Source: Thermoanaerobaculia bacterium
GTDB lineage: Bacteria > Acidobacteriota > Thermoanaerobaculia > Multivoradales > Multivoraceae
Direction of reading: 5' to 3'
DNA length: 64,000 bases
Assembly: GCA_963664405.1 (NCBI GenBank)
Contig: OY761158.1
Coordinates: 1,472,001 to 1,536,000, forward strand
Under the pieces are notes generated by a model, which saw only the letters and a list, made by a program, of their open reading frames with translations, had not been told where the DNA came from and made no database searches. Below, in pieces: positions 58,431-64,000 of this stretch. Made by a program: the position numbers and the translations under genes. The first letter of the stretch is position 1. The number at the start of each line of letters is the position of its first letter.

Positions 58431-59750
58431 TCAATCAGCGATGGCCTGATACGTCAAGTTGCGGAACTCGGTTCCGTAGTCGAGCCCGGCATGGGGAATG
58501 ATCTGGATCATGAAGATGCCGATCAACTCCTCGACGGGGTCGATCCAGAAGCGAGTTCCCGCAGCGCCTCCCCAATTGTAGGTGCCCACGCTCCCCAGAG
58601 CTCCATACTCGCCGAGATCGGTGAGCACGGAAAAGCCGAGACCGAAACCATGCCCCGCTCGGCCGTGGCCCGGAATGTCGCCCAGATGGTCGGTGGTCAT
58701 CAGCTCCACCGACTTGCGCGACAGAATCCGTTTGCCGTCGAGGGTGCCGCCGTTGAGCATCATCTGCGCGAAGCGTAGGTAGTCGTGGGCGGTGGAAGCG
58801 AGCCCTCCACCCCCGGAAAAGAAGGTGGCGCCTTCGCGATATCCGTCGTCGGCACGCTCCGCCGGCGCCGGCACCAGCGGCTTCTTGCCGGAGCGAGCGC
58901 GCAGGAAGACGTCGCTTGAATCGGTCGTACCCTCGGGCGAGTAGAGAACGGCGAAGCGATCCTGCTTCGCATCGGGCACCACGAAGCCGGTATCGCGCAT
59001 CCCCAGGGGGCCGAGGATCCTCTCTTCGAGAAACCGATCGAAGCTCTGCCCGGAGATCACCTCGATGAGCCGGCCCTGCACGTCTACTGCAACGCTGTAA
59101 TGCCAACGAGTGCCCGGCTCGAAGCGTAGCGGCAATTGGCCAAGCTTCTCCACCGTCTCGGCGATGTTCTTGTCCTCCCGCAACACCCCCTGTTCTCGGT
59201 ACATGCGGTCGACCTTGGTGTCGCCGAAGAAGCCGTAGGTCATTCCCGCGGTGTGGCGCAGCAGGTCGCGAATGGTGATCGGCCGGCGCGCGGGGTGAGT
59301 GCGCACCGTGGTCTCCTCGCTACCGCGGCGCCTCTCTTCTTCCATCACCTGGAGCTTCGCCAGTTCCGGCAGGTACTCGGACACCGGATCGCTGAGCTGG
59401 AAGTGACCCTCTTCGTGAAGAATCATCACCCCGACACTGGTGATCGGCTTGGACATCGAATAGATGCGAAAGATGTCGTCATCGCGCATCTTGACCTTGC
59501 CCTCGCGGTCGGCCCAGCCCCAGCTTTGGAGGTAGGCGACCTTGCCTCGACGCGCGATCAGCGCCATCGCGCCGGGGATCTCTCCAGAGGCGACATAGGC
59601 CTGCATGTGCTCGCCGATGCGGGCGAGGCGCTCCGAAGAGAGGCCGACCGCCTCGGGCTCGACGGTCTCCAGGCCGTTGCCCAGAGCCGGGGCTGCGAGG
59701 AAGAGCACAAAAGAGAGGGGTGCGAAAACGGTGATCAGTGTTCGCTTCAT
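58431..59750 (-). CDS. Serine hydrolase (beta-lactamase class C-like fold)
   Basis: YSMSKP, LLRHTAG, WHYS, GGGGL, WGGAAGT. Confidence 0.9.
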   Translation of the reverse strand: MKRTLITVFAPLSFVLFLAAPALGNGLETVEPEAVGLSSERLARIGEHMQAYVASGEIPGAMALIARRGKVAYLQSWGWADREGKVKMRDDDIFRIYSMSKPITSVGVMILHEEGHFQLSDPVSEYLPELAKLQVMEEERRRGSEETTVRTHPARRPITIRDLLRHTAGMTYGFFGDTKVDRMYREQGVLREDKNIAETVEKLGQLPLRFEPGTRWHYSVAVDVQGRLIEVISGQSFDRFLEERILGPLGMRDTGFVVPDAKQDRFAVLYSPEGTTDSSDVFLRARSGKKPLVPAPAERADDGYREGATFFSGGGGLASTAHDYLRFAQMMLNGGTLDGKRILSRKSVELMTTDHLGDIPGHGRAGHGFGLGFSVLTDLGEYGALGSVGTYNWGGAAGTRFWIDPVEELIGIFMIQIIPHAGLDYGTEFRNLTYQAIAD

Positions 59751-59936
59751 GGCGTTCTCCAAAAGTAGAGAGAGGTGATCTTGGAGGATCGAATCTACGC
59801 CCCTTCGCCCCGCCGGGCAACTCACTAAGGCCGCTTCCCCCATCCGCCTATCCGCGCCGTTCGGCGATCTTCGCTAGACTCCCATAGGAGGCAGCGTTCC
59901 AAGGTTGGTCTCAGCCTCCCAAATCGGAGCCCTGTC

Positions 59937-61313
59937 CTGAGCGAAGTCAAAATCTGCGACGTTTCTCTGCGCGACGGCATGCAGGTGATGAACCGGCACG
60001 CGATCATCCCGCTCGAAGCGCGCCTGCAGCTGGTCGACGCTCTGATCCGCGCCAATGTTCCCTACATCGAGGTCGGCTCGTTCGTGAATCCTCGAGTGGT
60101 ACCTGCGATGGCCGACACGCCCGAGATGCTGCGCCAGATGCCTCCCTACGACGGCCAGATCGCCTGTCTGGTGCCCAGCCTCAAGTACTACGAAGAGTTG
60201 AAGCAGGCAGAGCGTGTCAACACTGTTGCGCTCTTCGTCTCCGCCTCCGAAGACTACGCCCGTAAGAACACGCGCATGACCGTCGACGAGGCGGTCGACG
60301 CGGCGGCCAAGGTCGCCGAGGCGGCTCGCGCCGACGGCTACCGTATCCGCGGCTACGTTTCGTTCGCTTTTCGCGACCCCTCGCTGCCCGAGAGTCGAAT
60401 GCCCGAAGAGCAGGTCGAGCGCATCACTCGACGCCTCATCGACATGGGCTGTGAGGCGGTCGCTCTCTCCGACACCGACGGCCTGGCCTCACCGCGAGAA
60501 ATGCAGCGTGTCATCGGCCACATTCGCAACGAGATCGGCCTCGAGCACATCGCCGTTCACCTCCACGACCGCAGAGGGCTCGGCATCACCAACGCATACT
60601 CCGCCTATCAGCAGGGCGTGCGAATCTTCGACGCCTCGATCGGCGGTATCGGCGGTGCGATCACGGTGCGTCACTCGATCGGCAACATCTCGACCGAAGA
60701 GCTGGTATGCATGTTCGACAGTATCGGCGTCGAAACCGGAATCGACGTCGAGCCTCTGATCGAGGCGGGATGTCGTGTCTCGCAGATGGCCGACTTCGTT
60801 GGCGACCCGCCGCCACCCAGTCGCATCATCCTCGACGAGCTCGCCAAGCGGCGGGCCGAGGCCGAAGAGACCGAGGGCATCGAGGCGGATCTCAGTCTGA
60901 AAGATCTCGTCAGCTCTCTCTTGCGTACCCTCGGCAAGCGCCCCCAGACCTTGTCTGTCGAGGCAGTCAGCCACACTCTGACCGACGCGGGCAAGCAGGT
61001 GCATCGCTTCCTCCACGCCCCCACCAACCGCGCCGCGGTGCTGTTCAGCCTCGCCTTGATGGTCGGGGTATCCGGGATCGGGGCGCTCTTCGTCAGAATC
61101 CTCCCTACTGACTGGGTCGCCCGAAGCGAAGTCATTGCCATCACACTCTTCAGCCTGGTCATGGTGCTCTTAGTCGGGGGCGCCTTGACCATGCTCCTCG
61201 TCGAAGGCCTACGTCTGCCGCAGAAGATGACGGCGGACGAGCGTGAGATCGTGCGCAGTGCGGTCACCGGTATTCTCGACGAGCTCGACGGAGCGAGCGA
61301 GCCAGGCAGCTAG
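59937..61313 (+). CDS. HMG-CoA lyase-like (DRE-TIM) protein with a C-terminal two-TM extension; probable CTG start
   Basis: VKICDVSLRDGMQ, IEVGSFVNP, SASE, SDTDG, HLHD, GNISTEE; GGCP loop replaced by GGAIT; two hydrophobic helices near the C-terminus. Confidence 0.8.
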   Translation: MSEVKICDVSLRDGMQVMNRHAIIPLEARLQLVDALIRANVPYIEVGSFVNPRVVPAMADTPEMLRQMPPYDGQIACLVPSLKYYEELKQAERVNTVALFVSASEDYARKNTRMTVDEAVDAAAKVAEAARADGYRIRGYVSFAFRDPSLPESRMPEEQVERITRRLIDMGCEAVALSDTDGLASPREMQRVIGHIRNEIGLEHIAVHLHDRRGLGITNAYSAYQQGVRIFDASIGGIGGAITVRHSIGNISTEELVCMFDSIGVETGIDVEPLIEAGCRVSQMADFVGDPPPPSRIILDELAKRRAEAEETEGIEADLSLKDLVSSLLRTLGKRPQTLSVEAVSHTLTDAGKQVHRFLHAPTNRAAVLFSLALMVGVSGIGALFVRILPTDWVARSEVIAITLFSLVMVLLVGGALTMLLVEGLRLPQKMTADEREIVRSAVTGILDELDGASEPGS

Positions 61314-61319
61314 AGGTTA

Positions 61320-61706
61320 ATGATGGCCGAAGAGAACTCGCCGACGACCGAACGGGACCGCTCGAAAGAGCTCGCATTCCACGAGCACGCCAAAGACCAG
61401 TTGACGCAGCAGATCCGCACTTACGGCCAGGAGCTGATCCGTGAATCGGTATCGACAGCCCGCGCCCAGAAACACCCTCTCGTCCAGCAGAAGGATGTTC
61501 AGCAGGCGGCGCACCGACTTCACACCGAGTTCCGCAATCGAACCGCCGTGCTGCTGCAGTTCATGGGCGCCGGCCTCATCGGCGTCTTCCTGCAAGGCTT
61601 CGCTATCGAAATGCTCGCCGAGAACCCCAATCTGTGGGCGGTCGTGGTCTACGTCGTGGTCGGCTTCGCCGGCCTCTTCGGCGTCTTCTGGTCCCTGATT
61701 CGCTAG
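61320..61706 (+). CDS. Putative transmembrane histone-fold protein
   Basis: Residues 19-67 align without gaps to archaeal histone alpha2-L2-alpha3 (recalled HMfB), followed by two TM helices; 6 nt after the upstream stop. Confidence 0.65.
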   Translation: MMAEENSPTTERDRSKELAFHEHAKDQLTQQIRTYGQELIRESVSTARAQKHPLVQQKDVQQAAHRLHTEFRNRTAVLLQFMGAGLIGVFLQGFAIEMLAENPNLWAVVVYVVVGFAGLFGVFWSLIR

Positions 61707-61845
61707 CTGGCTGCGGGAATGGTGAATACCATTCCCTCCACCAGCTGAATATGGCGCCGAGGACGGCGCGCGTCGGCCGTCCGCGGACGGACGGCCTCCA
61801 TGGCTACCCCAGAGTTTCCGGCCCGGCTACCGCGGATCTTCCGTT

Positions 61846-64000
61846 CTAACGGGGCGGCTCTCCGCCGACCCACCACGGGCTCGACCAGGCCAGATGGCCG
61901 TCGAGCTGTTCGACACGCACGTAGTACCAGTCCCCAGGGTCACCGCCGCGATCGGTGAAGCTGAACTCGACGTCATCGCGTAGCCCAACCGCACGCTCGA
62001 CGCTGACTCGGTCGCGGTATCGACCCTCCTCGAGCACCTCCTCGCTCTGAGGTTGACCGAGTTCCGGCACTACCAGAGCGAAGCGAGCTTCGGCAAATTC
62101 CTGCGGCGTGCGCACCTGGGTGGGCGCGGTGCCCATCTCTCGAGCCGCCTCTAGATCGAAGGCTACCAGTGTCGAGGCCGAAGTGCCTTCGATCGTGAGA
62201 GCGATCGCGCGCCGCGATCCGCGAGTGGCGAAGTGGAAGCCCACAGTGGCCTCCTCGACCTCGATACGATCGGCATCGAGGTGAGGAGTGCCGAGGAATC
62301 GAGCGCCTGTAAGTCGCCCGTTCTCGACACTCAGGCTACCGGTCCAGGTGCGCTGACCGCGCGGGTTGTCGCGGATGGTTACGTACGACTCGGAGTAGAA
62401 GCGCACTACGACCTCATTGTCGGCTACCCCTTCCAACGCCGCCCCGCTGGTATCGAAGCTCCCGGCAACCTCACCGTTCTTGATCAGCTCGACACTGCGG
62501 ATCGGGCCGGTGCCGATCGCCCTGCCCTCGACCTGCCTGGTCTCAGAAAGGGGTAGCGCACTCCCCATCGCGCCGCCGTTGAGACGTGCATCGAGGATGA
62601 TGCGCTGAGCGCCTGTGGTGGCGTAGGCACGCCGGGCCTTGAGTGCGTCGAAGACGTCGTCGGTGGTCTTCGAAGGTGCCCAGGCAGCGGCCAGGCCGCC
62701 GAACTGGAAGATATTCGAGCGAACTCCGGCGGTCGTCGGGTGCCCGGGCGAATACCCGGGATGACCGCGATGATCGTCCGAGGCGCCGACGAAGCCGACT
62801 CTGAAGCCGCTCTCCAGATAGCGCTGCCCGAACCACTCGAAGGTGCCATGCCCGGACATGATCTCGATCAGGGTCTCCATGTCGAGGTCGCTGAGCCGAA
62901 AGTCGCCATTCTGATGGGCGTGCGGGATGATCAGTACATCTTTGGGGTCGTGCTTCTGACGCAGACCGCGATACAGCATGCTCAGATCCGGCGCCTCCTG
63001 AACGGGCACCCGATCGAAGCCAGGGCCGCGAAAGAAGACATTGTGGTGGCCGCCCCGCTGCCGCGCCACCGTCCACTCGTATCCCGGAAAGACCAGGAGC
63101 TCGTTCTCGCGATGAAACTGCTTGGCCGCGTCGTTGAGATACTTCCAATTGGCGTCTGTCAACCACAGATCGTGCTCGGTAAGCGTGACGAAGTCGAGCC
63201 GGGCATCGTCCCGCGCGAAGCGGAAGTAGCCCTCGGGCGTGCCCTGGCCCTCGGCGAAACCACAGTGGCCGTGGGTCTCCCCCCAGTAGACGTGCTCAGT
63301 GGGACTCTCACGCACCCAGATCGGGTTGGCGACGCCGCGAATCTCGCCGTCGTCGCTGCGGAAAGTGATGCGCACGACACCGGGCTGCGACAAGCGAAGC
63401 GGAAGCTCATAGATCGCCTTCCCCGCAGGGATCTGGGCGAATTTCTGCTCACCACGGAACACTCCATAGCCTGGGATGTCTCCCGTCGCCCGGTTGTAGA
63501 AACGATCCTCGGTGCGTACCGATACCTTGACCGCATCGCCGACGGCGACGATCGAGGGCGCGAAACCGTGGACCCCATAGGCCTCCGCGCCTACGACCTT
63601 GAAGGTCGGGAGCGGCAGCTCGTAGAACCTCCCGTCACCGGGATCGACGTGCAGGGGCAGTGCGATCGCGTCGTTCGAGAAAACACCGATCTCGAGGCCC
63701 CGCCCCCCGCCCGCGCGGTCGCCGTACACCACGGTAACGGTGTCGCCGGCGGCCAGAGAACCGCCCTGCACTCGAAACACCGGATACCCCTGCGCCGCAC
63801 GGAAGCCTCCGTACGGGCCCCACACCGGAGCCCGGTCGAGTTCGAGGCGAAGCGAAGGGTTGCTGGTTGTAGCCGAGACGTAGTTGTCTCCACCAGGATC
63901 ATCGATCTGGAGCTGACCGTAGCCGCCGGCATAGTGCTGACTGGCAAGCACCCCGCCACCCTCGGCGACCCCCAAGCTGCCGACCGTCCACTCGACACGG
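61846..64000 (-). CDS. DUF3604-like PHP-domain protein, truncated by the window edge
   Basis: YWGETHGH, TEHD, GYEWT..GGHHNV, IPHAH, SDDHRGHPG, AYATTG, YYVRVEQ..AWSSP. Confidence 0.82.
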   Translation of the reverse strand, partial: RVEWTVGSLGVAEGGGVLASQHYAGGYGQLQIDDPGGDNYVSATTSNPSLRLELDRAPVWGPYGGFRAAQGYPVFRVQGGSLAAGDTVTVVYGDRAGGGRGLEIGVFSNDAIALPLHVDPGDGRFYELPLPTFKVVGAEAYGVHGFAPSIVAVGDAVKVSVRTEDRFYNRATGDIPGYGVFRGEQKFAQIPAGKAIYELPLRLSQPGVVRITFRSDDGEIRGVANPIWVRESPTEHVYWGETHGHCGFAEGQGTPEGYFRFARDDARLDFVTLTEHDLWLTDANWKYLNDAAKQFHRENELLVFPGYEWTVARQRGGHHNVFFRGPGFDRVPVQEAPDLSMLYRGLRQKHDPKDVLIIPHAHQNGDFRLSDLDMETLIEIMSGHGTFEWFGQRYLESGFRVGFVGASDDHRGHPGYSPGHPTTAGVRSNIFQFGGLAAAWAPSKTTDDVFDALKARRAYATTGAQRIILDARLNGGAMGSALPLSETRQVEGRAIGTGPIRSVELIKNGEVAGSFDTSGAALEGVADNEVVVRFYSESYVTIRDNPRGQRTWTGSLSVENGRLTGARFLGTPHLDADRIEVEEATVGFHFATRGSRRAIALTIEGTSASTLVAFDLEAAREMGTAPTQVRTPQEFAEARFALVVPELGQPQSEEVLEEGRYRDRVSVERAVGLRDDVEFSFTDRGGDPGDWYYVRVEQLDGHLAWSSPWWVGGEPPR

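Noticed and set aside
1-64000. CRISPR array, rRNA or tRNA genes
   Set aside because: No regularly spaced direct repeats with spacers and no recognisable rRNA or tRNA motifs were seen by eye

Overview
High-GC bacterial chromosomal window. The host is probably Acidobacteriota (Thermoanaerobaculia-like), inferred from a characteristic C-terminal domain at 23708-24070 and from DUF3604/DUF1501/DUF1800 content. It carries housekeeping genes (hemB, hisI, metG, topA, larE, an LpxL/HtrB-like acyltransferase), many secreted or catabolic hydrolases and oxidoreductases, and several gene remnants. Highlights: (1) a two-gene unit at 59937-61706 pairing a divergent HMG-CoA-lyase-like enzyme with a two-helix membrane anchor and a small protein with a histone-fold-like segment plus two TM helices; (2) a complete 3390-bp IS21-family element (18753-22142; 40-bp IRs, 5-bp CATCG duplication) carrying two extra ORFs and a hairpin-rich 360-nt leader, inserted in an alpha/beta-hydrolase-fold gene; (3) mostly CTAG-bounded palindromic MITE-like elements with different ends but a shared, covarying internal hairpin core; (4) a possible zinc-limitation cluster at the left end. 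Several single-base frameshifts fall in C/G runs and may be assembly errors. No rRNA, tRNA or CRISPR array was seen. All family calls come from motif recognition, not database searches.
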